Below, piece by piece: positions 37,543 through 48,391 of a stretch of DNA of 64,000 nucleotides; within the stretch, counting starts at the first letter, position 1, and the number at the start of each line of letters is the position of its first letter. The stretch lies in contig JAAPAO010000102.1 of the NCBI GenBank assembly GCA_013115145.1, positions 12,670 to 76,669 on the forward strand, given 5' to 3'. The position numbers and the translations under genes were made by a program. The DNA is from Perkinsus chesapeaki ATCC PRA-425 (lineage: Eukaryota; Protista; Perkinsozoa). The notes under the pieces were generated by a model. It searched no databases. It was not told where the DNA came from and saw only the letters and a list, made by a program, of their open reading frames with translations.

Positions 37543-40500
37543 TTAACCCTTACTGTCCGCACGGCGATCATGTACCAAATCATCGGACTCCTCGTTCGGC
37601 GGAGGCTCCGGGTCGGGGACTAGCCTACCGCCAACGGCCATCCGACCGACGCAGGTTCGATTCCCCCTCATGGCATTTTACCTTTCTGACGATTTCCTCT
37701 TTTCCCTGTCGTAGAGCCATTCTCTATATGATGCTGCTGAGGACTCAGACGCTCGCCGAGCATCTTGAATGTCAGGGCTGATCAGTCCCAAAAAGGGAGT
37801 TCCCGCCGTGGACAGTCTGACGAGAAAATGTCGCCGCCAGGGTTCGAACTCGGGTGCCCACCGTCGCATGCTATCCTGGACCGAGTGTCTCACCGACGAC
37901 CTCCGAGATACATCTGGGGTCCCTACCGACTCCGTCTTATCACGCTAAGGAGCACAATCGTCCCATTTCCCGCGCGCCATGAAATTACCTCCGTGCCCTC
38001 AACACTATCTCTTTCGCCCGTTTTAAAACGATAGAGAAACGTTTCCGGAAACATCGTTCTGGCGAATTCCGCGAACGAGATCGAACCCGACATATCTTCG
38101 TCGAACACCTGGCACACTGGGTGTTCAATCAACCTTCCAGGAATCTTACGTGGAAGAGCTCAATGATTCGGTCCTCTCTCAGCCCTGTTCCCATCGTCGT
38201 CATCATCAGGCGAAACTCATCGATGTCGATCTCACCGGAGCTGTCTTGGTCAAAAGCCTTGAACGCTTCCTCAACCTGATTTGAGGGAAAGTCGGTATGA
38301 GATCCTTTCAGCCTCCACAGCAAAAACGATGACAAGCTTAGCAAGACCTGTCCATGCTCCCAGTGGAGGAAGAAACCCCCTCAGGCCAACCAACATTCGG
38401 GGCCTTTTCCTATCCACCTCTGCCGTCCATGAACCCGTAGTGGGACACACAACATGTGTCGTTTTCTATCAGCTGCATATTTCGAGCTACACTTTCTATA
38501 ATATGTCCCCGTCAGTAATATTTATCGGGAGAAGCAGAAAGTTTCCGCGAGGTGGCCCTATCTCCGTGGGACCGCACGAGCCCTGGTTGATACCGCTGAT
38601 GAGCCATAGCCAAGGTCCGTGAGCCTTTGCTTAGTTTTCTCAACCACCAGGATCTTATCCCTATCCAACCACACCAACGTGAAATTGGACCCCACAATCG
38701 ACAGAGGCATCGCCATGTACCTAGCAAGGAATAAAATAATAACAACAATCCCGCACGGGTTCGATCCCGGGTAGCTCCATTTTGAACTTACATCACTCCA
38801 GCTATTATGAGTACAGCACTGATCAACTGACCAGCGACAGTCTCAGGCGAGACATCTCCATACCCAACAGTGCTGATGGTAACTATACTGAACCACATAG
38901 CCTGAGGAATACCTAACAAAAATCATGAAACATGAATCGCTTCGCTCCGCTCATTTTCGTTACTGTCAATTTTGGGGTTGGTTTCCCGTTCAAAAAAGTA
39001 TATTAAAGCTGCACTGGAGATAACCATAATCAACAATAAGAATAGCGGCACCTGAAGACCATACAGATGGTGTAATAACAAGCCCGAAGCTCGCTCGCCA
39101 CCACGGCCTTCTAGTGGCCACGATTCCGCTGGTAGAGCTCTTGAGCTTGAGAACTGGGGGATATCGAACAGCTGGCTGGTACGTAACGTACCAGTCAGCT
39201 GTTCGATACCTTGAGGGGCACGTAATGTACGTTAAGTGCAGTGGATAGCGGGAGAGAACTGGATCGAGAGCAAAGCATTCTTTATAGGTTCCGGAGTCCA
39301 TGGTAGGAACGCATACATGTGCGGGCCTATCTATGTTGGGGAGGAACGAAAACTTTAAGGAAATTCCAGAAAATTGCGAAAAATTTTTCCATTTTCCGCC
39401 ATTAACAAGAGTACTTATCAGAAACCACTGGCGAGGTAATGTCACTCCTCGCCTGACTGAAGGAGCGGATGGAACCTTTTCCATCTTTTCTAACTTTTTT
39501 CGAACGTGTCGAGCTGCAAGGAGCTACGCGCTGACATTGCACTCACCGGAAGGGACTCCGCCGACATGCTCAAAGCACGGATGAGTAGCTGAAAGCCATC
39601 GAAGTTTCGGGTAACCTGTGACGCTTCGCTCCGCTAAATATGTTTGCGACATTTACCTTCAATAGACGAAGAATAGGCCGAAGGATGTTTATAAGCTCAA
39701 AAGCGGCATCTTCCTGGGCCTCGGGGAACAAAACCCAAATATAAAATGGCAGAATGGTTAATATCTACGTGCAATAATCGATCGACGCGAGTTCGAATCC
39801 CAGCTAGTACATCAATGCAATTGTAGAAGTTCCTCAAGAACTTCCTCCTGTTCGGGTACACTGCTACTCGTATAAGCAACTGACCCGAGAACTCCACCAA
39901 CACTGGATTCCGCCGTCCCACCTCAGCCGTGAAAATCATATTAACAACGACATCTATGGTCGTCCAAAATCCATAATTATGATACTCCGGCACGGTTTGC
40001 AACTGAAAGCACCTAACGTCCACCGGAGATAAAACATGAATTTGAGCCCAGATACCCTAGAAATGACAACGACTTCTCGAACTGGGGATATCAAACCGTG
40101 ATGTAACCATACGATTTTAATGTGATGTAACGACTAGCTCGAATAGCTCGATCGAACTGGGGAAATTGAGCAGCTCGAGTACAGTCTATCTTTTTTATCG
40201 ACTATCCCGCACTCGATAGAATTCTGTTCGTCAGATCATTCGTCCTTTATAACTCAGGCTTCGCCTATCTAAACTCACGGTGGTGAACACCTCCGCCCAA
40301 CCCATCAAAGTAATGCTCTACCAACCTCACAAGCATCTTTGGCGTTATTGCCTGTCGATATAACTAGACAATTTTATGCGACGTGGAAGGATAAGGTTCA
40401 AGTGACGGGACCGAACAAATTGGGCGATATCATCCGATTCTGTGAGATTCTTCCTCCGTGCTGGCGTCCAACGCCAAAGGAAGTTCTACCTTGTCAAGAT

Positions 40501-40890
40501 TAAGATGAGAGTGATGCTAAACATTTCAAATGTTTCATACAAAATTGTTTCCCGTTTATTCCCTTCAAAGAAGTAAAGAACGCCAGCAAGCCATGCCGAT
40601 TTGCTTACGATAATCGCAGTGACGGAAGATACGATAATGAAGCTCATCATAGATGAATAGGCCAAAGCCATCCGACTGCTATCTAAAAAATAAAAATACC
40701 GCGACAGGGATTGAACCAACGCCCTCTATAATGGAAGTGAGGCGCTTTCCCTGCTGATCTAGTAGACCTCCTCCTACTTGGCTCCTCCATAAATAACCAG
40801 AGCCTTTCCCGCCATGATCGCGTTACGCCAACTCCTCCAAATTTATCAAGAAGTATCCTCCTCGAACTACGCCGTCGCATATCCACCTGA
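37543..40890 (-). CDS. Voltage-gated K+ channel (Kv-like) with two C-terminal EF-hands; start not resolved
   Basis: RERLWLFMEEPN|SSRMALAYSSMMSFIIVSSV (S1), IFTAE...NCID|ILTILPFYI (S2/S3), pore ISTVGYGDVSPETVAGQLI, S6 MAMPLSIVGSNF; EF loops DQDSSGEIDIDEF and DEDMSGSISFAEF. Confidence 0.9.
37646..37675 (+). pseudogene. tRNA 3'-end relic (Leu-like), antisense, in Kv intron 37625-37681
   Basis: CCGACGCAGGTTCGATTCCCCCTCATGGCA then TTTTAC (minus strand GTAAAA donor). Confidence 0.65.
37829..37862 (-). pseudogene. tRNA 3'-half relic, sense, in Kv intron 37817-37893
   Basis: GGTGGGCACCCGAGTTCGAACCCTGGCGGCGACA then TTTTCTCGTCAG (terminator-like tract plus acceptor). Confidence 0.65.
38756..38779 (+). 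pseudogene. tRNA 3'-end relic (Ala-like), antisense, in Kv intron 38721-38791
   Basis: CGGGTTCGATCCCGGGTAGCTCCA then TTTTGAACTTAC (minus strand GTAAG donor). Confidence 0.65.
39784..39811 (+). pseudogene. tRNA 3'-end relic, antisense, in 46-nt Kv intron 39765-39810
   Basis: GACGCGAGTTCGAATCCCAGCTAGTACA; removing the intron restores the S3 helix NCID|ILTILPFYI. Confidence 0.65.
40697..40768 (-). pseudogene. Full-length (72 nt) degenerate tRNA, anticodon position TCC, sense, in Kv intron 40683-40777
   Basis: GGTCTACTAGATCAGCAGGGAAAGCGCCTCACTTCCATTATAGAGGGCGTTGGTTCAATCCCTGTCGCGGTA then TTTTTATTTTTTAG; A-box, anticodon loop and B-box at tRNA spacing, but the stems no longer pair. Confidence 0.7.
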
Positions 40891-41838
40891 TTTATACGTG
40901 CTTCAACCTAAGATACCTCTCCATCGAGCGCATCTAGAGTTCATTACAATCCATAAGCGGAACTGAATTCCAATTTTCAACCGCAAAATGCAGTCAAGAC
41001 CATCCTTCAGAAGTAAGAGCGTACTCGACCACACATGTACGAGCAAAACCAATAAAACTGGGCAGAATCTTGGTCAATTCTTCCCGACTCCCTAGTGCTA
41101 AGAACTCAGGATAAAAAGTATATAGTAATGATTGTAGTGATAGGTGACTGTGATGCAGTGAATGATAGTAATGATATACCAGGATTGGTAAAACCACATC
41201 CTGTCATTAAGTCGCAATTCCACTTCAGCGTTATTTTACACTTTGTCTTCATAACTTAGCTCTGCCAACTGCCGTACCGTTCTTATAGAGCTATGGAGCG
41301 TACGAAAAAGGCTATCTAGTCGTGTAAGTTAAAGTTTAAGGAACGAAGATGAATAGAAAAATAACAGATCAATGCTTTCATATAATGTTTAATAAAATAC
41401 CAAGTGAATGAGTAGTTCAGTCTCCTACATGACCCCTCGAAATACGGTTTTTCTATCAGAATCCATCCCAGTATACTACTGTAGGCCTCCTCTCATCATC
41501 AGAAGGAACCTCCGATTCGCAGACCACTACACTCTGTCTGGAAACAGTAGTCGAGCCTCTGAAAATTGCACAATTCAATCTGTCCCCTCCAGGCCTCAGC
41601 CCAGCAATAGGCATTACGTTGCTCGCTTTTCATGTTCGTCACTATCTGGCGTTTCTAAACGCTCATTAGCCATCGACTGGTGTTCAACAGTTCAAAGGAA
41701 GGACAACTCACAAACTGCGCAGATGTAAAAAGCGCACGCCCGACTAATCGATTTAGCGCGCAGAATTCCTCGGCATCAAATGGCTAGAAAATACATCATA
41801 TACTTGACCATACGGGTAAAACTAGGTGTCGTAAAATT

Positions 41839-42540
41839 ATGTTATTGGTTTGCAAAGGGAGATATCATTCATCATCAGATGTAGCTAAATTTCCTGTGAC
41901 CTTAGCGAATTCATCCCGGTCACCTCGGGCATTCTTTAAAAGTTGGTATCACAGCGGTCTGTCCCTCGATTTTGCAAATCATATATATTATCTGTCATGG
42001 TTCACATACATCCCGATTCAACGATCCATCTGTTCAGTCATTTCGTACATTATGTGTTTATATGTCTGTTGTGCCTGTTGCTGCGCCAGTGGTGCTGGCT
42101 GTATGGCCTATCAGTGCCGAGGTGATGCTAGAGAAATGAGAAAATTAGAAAAAGGCGAAGCCAGGTAAATCCTCATTGAGCCTCACTTTACGATCGTGAG
42201 TCCATCCTGCACCCATTCGACCAGCTCCTCCAGCCCTCTGGAAGGTGAAAACTGTAGAATAGTTGGTTTTTGCAAAAATATTTCGATTCCGGGATTATTC
42301 GACATAGTACCGCTTCCTTAAGAAGATATCTGTCCCCTTTTCAGACGCCTTGAATTCCCTCCGGAAAGCTTCTCCGCACCAGGCGAGCCTCTACTAACAG
42401 ATGAAGACGAGCAGGATTATCGGCAATATGAAAATGCCGTTTTCGTAGAGAAATCGGCAGAGTCGGGGTCACTGAAGATATGGTAATATACGTTGGCTCT
42501 CCAGGAATCCCTTAATGAGTGGGTTTACTCAGTAAAGTAG
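41839..42540 (+). CDS. Hypothetical membrane protein with Cys-rich segment
   Basis: ICSVISYIMCLYVCCACCCASGAGCMAYQCRGDAREMRKLEKGEAR|... and acidic exon RLEFPPESFSAPGEPLLTDEDEQDY. Confidence 0.35.
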
Positions 42541-42869
42541 CGCGTAATGAACTAGTCTACTATCCGCGTAAAACTCGATCTGTCTTGGCTCTAGGGCTCA
42601 GTTATGTTGATAGTACTTCCTATTAGGCTCTTCCATCATGTAGCACTCGTAGTAGTATGGCCATACAATTCACTCTTTGGTATTAACAAGTAGACACGCC
42701 GCTGCTCTAAATCGAAAATATGTGATTGATACTCTTGCACAAATTCAGTATTGGTGATTTTGCGATCTTCTCGGTTGGCCACGAGAAACCGAGTCCCAGC
42801 GTCGACCACTGCTGAGGGGCTTAGCGCAGTCGCGGTCTGCGTAGGGTAGTACCAAATTAATTTGGATTG

Positions 42870-44999
42870 GGGGATAAAGTCGTTATCGTTAAGCTGTGCA
42901 AAAGCAACATAAGAACGTCGAGACAGTGCAATGTAAGTTGTATGATTGCGCTGCCCATACCTTTTCCAGAAGGCTTAAATTATTACCATAAATCCGTCTG
43001 ATCGTATTGTTTTATACCCTCTCTGTTCCCGTAGGTACAAGACATATTTCCCAGCTTCCGAGGGTGACATCACCTGTATTATAGTTGGTTATCATCCTTA
43101 TATAAGCAACTCGGAGTATCTAATGAAGAACCATGCAAGGTGGGTCCTATCTCAACCTAACCTCGAAAATATCTTTGCAGATGCCTTCGACATTTCGAAA
43201 AGGCCGCTGTGATATTATTCGATCAGCCTAGTTGTGGTCGAAGTGACGGTCTTTGGGGGTAGTAGTGACCGAGAGGGCAATTTTGAGGTAATTCTTGTGC
43301 AGGTTCATGCCCTCCTGGGAGGACCATGTTGCTTTGACTGAGAAGTTCGTACGCAAGGTAACTCCGGGCGTTCGGGGAATAAGGAATATTGCAAACCAGA
43401 TGCGATGTTGCCCCTTGGAGTGCTTGGCCTTGATTCTCTCCGCAGTGCCATATATTGTGCGAGCGTAATAGGTCATTTCAAAACCCACATCGCTCCGCTA
43501 AATAATACGGAGATTCCGAAAAAGTGGAAGTTTTGTATCTTTAGAAGTCAGCTTCGCAGGATTTGTGTGTTTAGAGTCATCCTTTGTTGTTCGGTACGGC
43601 TCGTCTCGTCCTGCTCCGCCGTGTCGAAGCGGCTTCTGCTGTCCGTTACCGCTTCACACTTTTGTTTTGTGTCAGGTCGTTGTCCCCCTTCGAGACCGTA
43701 TAACCTCCGAGCAGCATAAGTTCATACCGATTTATGGTTTCGGTGAGGATATCGGCGCTAATGTCCTCGCCACATCTGCATTGCGATCGTAAGCCGTTGC
43801 GCATGCGTGCATTCCATACCGCTCTCTCCTCTAGGCCTGATATTTATAACGGTATCATTCTGGCCTCTCCCTTCATCCGCGATGGCGATGCGGTTAAAGC
43901 TGGTGGATTCGCTAGTAAGTTGTAGACAGTCATTTTCATACCGCTCCTTCCTATTCGAACCTTAAATTATTGCACAGTATCCTGCAGCTCAACTCTGACA
44001 GAATGCGGTTTTTCTATCAGATTTTCTGGCCAAATGTGAAGGCTCCATCTTTCCCAAGTACCCCGGCGCGCCTTTGAAGGAGGCTTTAGATAAGCGTTTT
44101 GTAGACAAGGACTTCTCCGACTACACCAGTAAGTTGCTCCTTACTAGCTCACACTCCTACCGACCGAGTTCATGAGAGGCCAAGATCTCTCCAGAAACCT
44201 AAGCCCTGAAATCAGGCTCGAGAGCTTGATTACGCATAATGTTTTTCGGGAGTATTTAGTAGCGATCGTATTTCGTACAGAGAAACTGGAGGGGCTAAGA
44301 AGTTCCATCACAGCTTGGGATTTGGTCTGTTATTGTTGTTGCTAAGATGGATTATGAGGATCCTATAGGTACCGAGAACAAATTAATGTGGAGAATGCCG
44401 CTTAGAATGAAAACAAATAAGTCGATCAAACAGGGACAGAAATGGCTCGAGAAACATTCTGCCGAGCTGACAACTCCGATCTTGGTAGGGGTCTTTTTCT
44501 AGACTGGCGAGTGGGATGGGTTGATTTGGCAGATTCTTCAATCGTCCAATGATAAGATAACTTCGCCTGACGGATCTAAGCTGCTGTATGATTTGTGTGG
44601 AAGTAAAGACAAGTGTATAAAGATGTATGATGACTGCCCCGAGGCGGGACTAAAGTAGGGCAGCCGAGGATCGAACCGGGGTCGTTAGCATGACAGGCTT
44701 GTGTTAGGTATGCTCACGAACTGCTCAGTGCAGAGCCTGCTGAAATGTCCAAGCCGGTCTATAATGACATCACGACGTGGGTGAGTGCTCGTAAAATCCG
44801 TGCAGAACCTCTTCATTCGTCAACTCCACGAGGACAACATACCGCAGCTTCAACTCCTCAAATTGCACCCTCGGGGGCCGCTTCGGCCGGTGCCACCCAA
44901 GCTGCTCCTTCGGCCGGTGCCACCCAAGCTGCTCCTTCGGCCGGTGCCACCCAAGCCGCTCCTTCGGCCGGTGCCACTCAAGCCGCTCCTCATAATTGA
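42870..44999 (+). CDS. Monoacylglycerol lipase-like alpha/beta hydrolase, paralog 1 (nucleophile Ser replaced by Asp); start approximate
   Basis: IIVGYHPYISNSEYLMKNHAR, IPIYGFGEDIGANVLATSALR, RPDIYNGIILASP, KDKCIKMYD...K|YAHELLSAEP...VYNDITTW. Confidence 0.8.
44658..44700 (-). pseudogene. tRNA-Asp(GTC)-like relic (anticodon arm to 3' end), antisense, filling intron 44655-44707
   Basis: AAGCCTGTCATGCTAACGACCCCGGTTCGATCCTCGGCTGCCC: loop CTGTCAT, variable region, T-arm. Confidence 0.7.
44881..44988 (+). repeat. 27-bp tandem repeat x4 (encodes SAGATQAAP units if coding)
   Basis: CTTCGGCCGGTGCCACCCAAGCTGCTC repeated four times with 1-2 substitutions. Confidence 0.95.
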
Positions 45000-45074
45000 G
45001 GTTTATTTATCAGTTAGCCAACGATTCATTTAGTCGTTCGGCATTCCTGTCTTGTTTGCACTTTATCTACTCTT

Positions 45075-47042
45075 ATGCTGTCCTCTAACTCCGCGAAGGT
45101 TTCGTGTGTCCTATTTTGTGGTGTTGTTGAGTTCCAGTCAGTATACACCCGACAGTATAGAAGGATCAACGACTGGCAGACACTTCACCATAAACGAAGA
45201 ACTCTCTAGCCCACCAAACGTGTCGTGTCGAAGGTGTCGCAATTGCTCTGAAGCACTCTGCGCGTTGTTGATAGTTCCTCTCGGAGAACCAAAACCTTCT
45301 CACCATGGGCCTTTGCGATCGCCGAAACAAGACAGACCTGACGACAGGTGCCGGCAGGTAAGACTGGGAGTCTCAGCGACGGCTTCAACACCTCTCAGGC
45401 GCTTGGCGTTCCAAGAGGAGGGGCATCCGCATCCAGACGAACCACTGCTGGAGGCTGAGGACGAGAAAGGCTGCTGGGAAAAGGACGGCATGGTGACGGT
45501 GAAACAGAAGGGTCAAGATGTTCAGCTGTGGTAGGGCGCATTGGTTCTTTTTGAGGTTAGTTTAGAGAAAGCAGGTATAGAATTTACAATCTCCCCGAAG
45601 GCGAGACTCCGTCCTGTATCATTATTGGCTATCACGGCTACTCTGATCACTCTGATTTCCTCATGCACAATCATGCCAGGTTGGAAGAGCTTTTCTAAGG
45701 GAGAAGTTGGGCTGCCATTTTAGAGTCCTACGTCACAATAATAAGGCCCTCGTCGTTCTCTTTGATCAACCTAGCAGCGGCAGAAGTGACGGCCTCTGGT
45801 GGTGGGTCGACATCTTTGTGTTAATAAGTCTTCAGATGCAGCTGTCAGGTACATTCCCTCCTGGGAGGAGCACATCGGCGCCACTGAGCAATTCATTGAC
45901 AAGGTGAGCTGTTGAAGAAACCTAGAAGCGACTGAAACGTTTATTGAGCGCTAAAATATATTGGTCTTAAGTTCCTCTACTGGAGAAGCTCGAGGAGGCT
46001 TCTCTCAGCCGCCGACACAAAATATCTTTTTCAGATTGCAAAACCCCTCCAGAAAGAGATAGAAGACAAGGTCGAGATGAAGGTCCCAATGTTCGCCTTG
46101 GGTGTCTCCCTGGGCGGTGGCCTGGTCTGCCAAGCCGCAATAAGAAGGTCCGTCATTCTGTACTATATCATCGCATTGCCTTCTGGTCAGGCCTGAAGTT
46201 TACGATGGCGTCATTTTAGTAAGTCCCATGGTGAAGGTTGATGAAGCCATCAAACCACCAAAGTTCGTCGGTAGTTATATCTTTTTGGTTAGCCAGAGGT
46301 AGCTTCGATTCTCAGAGGTCACTTTTCGAAAGCTCGGCGGTCTGATGCCGAAAATGCCGATAACGCCTACGAAGGACATTCTGGACAAGTGCTTTGTGTA
46401 CAAGGATTGGGCAGACTATGCAAGTGAGAGTGCCCCCCCCCTTGGTTTTCGGAGCTAAGCCGTTGTGTTCAGGAGACAATAACAAGTTGCTCTATCCAAG
46501 CAAGCCTCGTCTTGGGACAGCCATCGAGATTCTTTTTGTTCAAGATTGGCTCTGCGAACATATGGAAGATCTCAAGACGCCCGTCTTGGTGAGTTCTTGT
46601 TCAATCGAATGACCTATGAATTTCGTCGTAGATTTTGCACGGCAAACATGACCAAGTGACTTCGTGCTCGAGTTCGGAGGAGCTCTTCAGAAGATGCTCC
46701 AGCGAGGATAAAAAGATCCTCATCTACGATTCGGACTCGGAGACCGGAGAACGGTGAGCCTTTAATTCGGGACTTGACAGCTTGGAACCGTTGGCAGATA
46801 CACACACGTCATTTTTGGAGGCCAGCCAGCGTGCATGTCAAAGAAGGTGTTTGATGATGTACGGGATTGGCTCAACGAAAGAAAGTGATTTTTTCAATAT
46901 TTTACTTTCAAAAAGGGCGCGTTGTGTTCTCGCAAGTTCGGAGAGCCTTGAGGAGAAAAGAACGGGTGATACACCAGAACCGCCTATCAATAACGGCTTG
47001 CAGCCCCGGGAGCGCCGGCCGTGGCCGATGGATGAGGAATGA
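45075..47042 (+). CDS. Monoacylglycerol lipase-like alpha/beta hydrolase, paralog 2 (intact GxSxG); start approximate
   Basis: IIIGYHGYSDHSDFLMHNHAR, VPMFALGVSLGGGLVCQAAIR|RPEVYDGVILVSPMVK, PRLGTA, EDKKILIYD...R|YTHVIFG...VFDDVRDWL. Confidence 0.88.
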
Positions 47043-47140
47043 GGTCGTTCATTAAAGCTTGTTCACACGTATTGCTCACATAGAAAGCACCTATCTCCCG
47101 GTTAGTGTTTCCAGGGATAACGCATAGAAGTGGTTGTCCA

Positions 47141-47208
47141 GGAGCCCGTTCAAGTGCTCAACTGTTCCGAAATGTGCGCTCGGAAAAGTGGGTACTTGAA
47201 CGGGCTCC
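47141..47208. other. Long hairpin between convergent genes
   Basis: GGAGCCCGTTCAAGTGCTCA ... TGGGTACTTGAACGGGCTCC (20-bp stem, two G-U pairs on the + strand) enclosing a second stem TTCCGA/TCGGAA. Confidence 0.8.
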
Positions 47209-47260
47209 AGGAAGTCTCTACTGATTGAAACTCAACCCTTCAGTGTATATCGAGCTGCAA

Positions 47261-48391
47261 TTACAATGATGATTTTTTGCATACAAAATCAAGCCACACT
47301 CCACTGGAGCTGCTGGCAACATACGCTTCAGCATCAGCAATTAGCTCGGATGCTGGACGCCACGAGGATTTTCCAGTGAACACGTCTTGTTGGACGACTG
47401 GCGATGGGCCAGAGGCGCAACCAAAGGGGACGAACCGCGGACAGTAAAGCATTTGATTTGTTACCTTCATCATCTGACCATACCCAAGATCCACGAGGGA
47501 CTCAATGGCGCCAGCAACGCTCTCGGCTGTACTGAACGGCCCTTCTAGCTGCAGCAATGCTGGCCGCTGTTCGACAGGGATAAGATAGAAAGATGCCAGG
47601 CACGCCAAGTCGTGGCCTTGGATGTCGATCTTCATGAACCGAATCGGTCCGCTGGTTCTCGTAACGCGTCTGATGATTTGGGCGCACGTTACTGCTTTGA
47701 CTTTCTGAACTTTCCTGCATTGCTGAGAGTCCCCATCTGCGAGAACGTGGGTCATTTCCCAGTCCTGTTCGCAGACCTCGACTGCTGCTGAGGTGACGTT
47801 GCGAACTACGGCGAAGTTGTACGGTATCATTTTTCCTTGCGCAACTTTGAGTTTGAACCACTTGTTGAAGTGTAGCGATCGGATAGCTGTGGGATTGGCG
47901 TCCACTGAGTGTGTGGTGAAATTTAGAGATAGAAAATACAGCGTATCCTGTCCACGGTCCATACCAAGGTCGATGACTGTCCCACCAGTGGGAGCATCGA
48001 ATTTGCGTTGCTGCAAGGTTGAGGCCGTCGTTAGCATGCCATCAAGTTTGACTATCGAATTGATATCCGCCTGGCCGATTGAAAGTTGCTGCTGAGGCGG
48101 TTTGGCGAGATCTCCTTCCATGTACTCGAGGAGCACCCGAGAGTAAAGGGCGTAATGCATTATCCACGGGGACACATTATGACGGACGGTAAAGATGTCG
48201 CTCCAGCTTGGTTCCTCGGCACAATCCGTAAGGATGAGATTCATCAAGTGCAGGCCTGCTCTGACTGTATGGGCCTCTTCAACGTTAACAGGCGCCCAGT
48301 ATTGCCAAGTATAATAGGACAGCAATACTGCCGAAATGCAGGCCCCTTCGCCGTTCACTAGTCCCAGCTCGTCAGCCACTGTACGAGACAA
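47261..48391 (-). CDS. FkbM-family methyltransferase domain protein (large last exon; upstream exons likely to about 49370)
   Basis: SAM-binding GGTVIDLGMDRGQDTLYFL...SVDANP and FkbM motif IRFMKIDIQGHDLACL...LLQLE. Confidence 0.8.
   Translation of the reverse strand: MSRTVADELGLVNGEGACISAVLLSYYTWQYWAPVNVEEAHTVRAGLHLMNLILTDCAEEPSWSDIFTVRHNVSPWIMHYALYSRVLLEYMEGDLAKPPQQQLSIGQADINSIVKLDGMLTTASTLQQRKFDAPTGGTVIDLGMDRGQDTLYFLSLNFTTHSVDANPTAIRSLHFNKWFKLKVAQGKMIPYNFAVVRNVTSAAVEVCEQDWEMTHVLADGDSQQCRKVQKVKAVTCAQIIRRVTRTSGPIRFMKIDIQGHDLACLASFYLIPVEQRPALLQLEGPFSTAESVAGAIESLVDLGYGQMMKVTNQMLYCPRFVPFGCASGPSPVVQQDVFTGKSSWRPASELIADAEAYVASSSSGVWLDFVCKKSSL

Noticed and set aside
43945-43962. Antisense GGTTCGAAT in a lipase-1 intron; similar weak hits at 40078-40090, 40152-40163, 53277-53290 and 59676-59690
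   Set aside because: T-loop words only, with no paired T-stem or acceptor end. Too weak to count, though they could be older relics.
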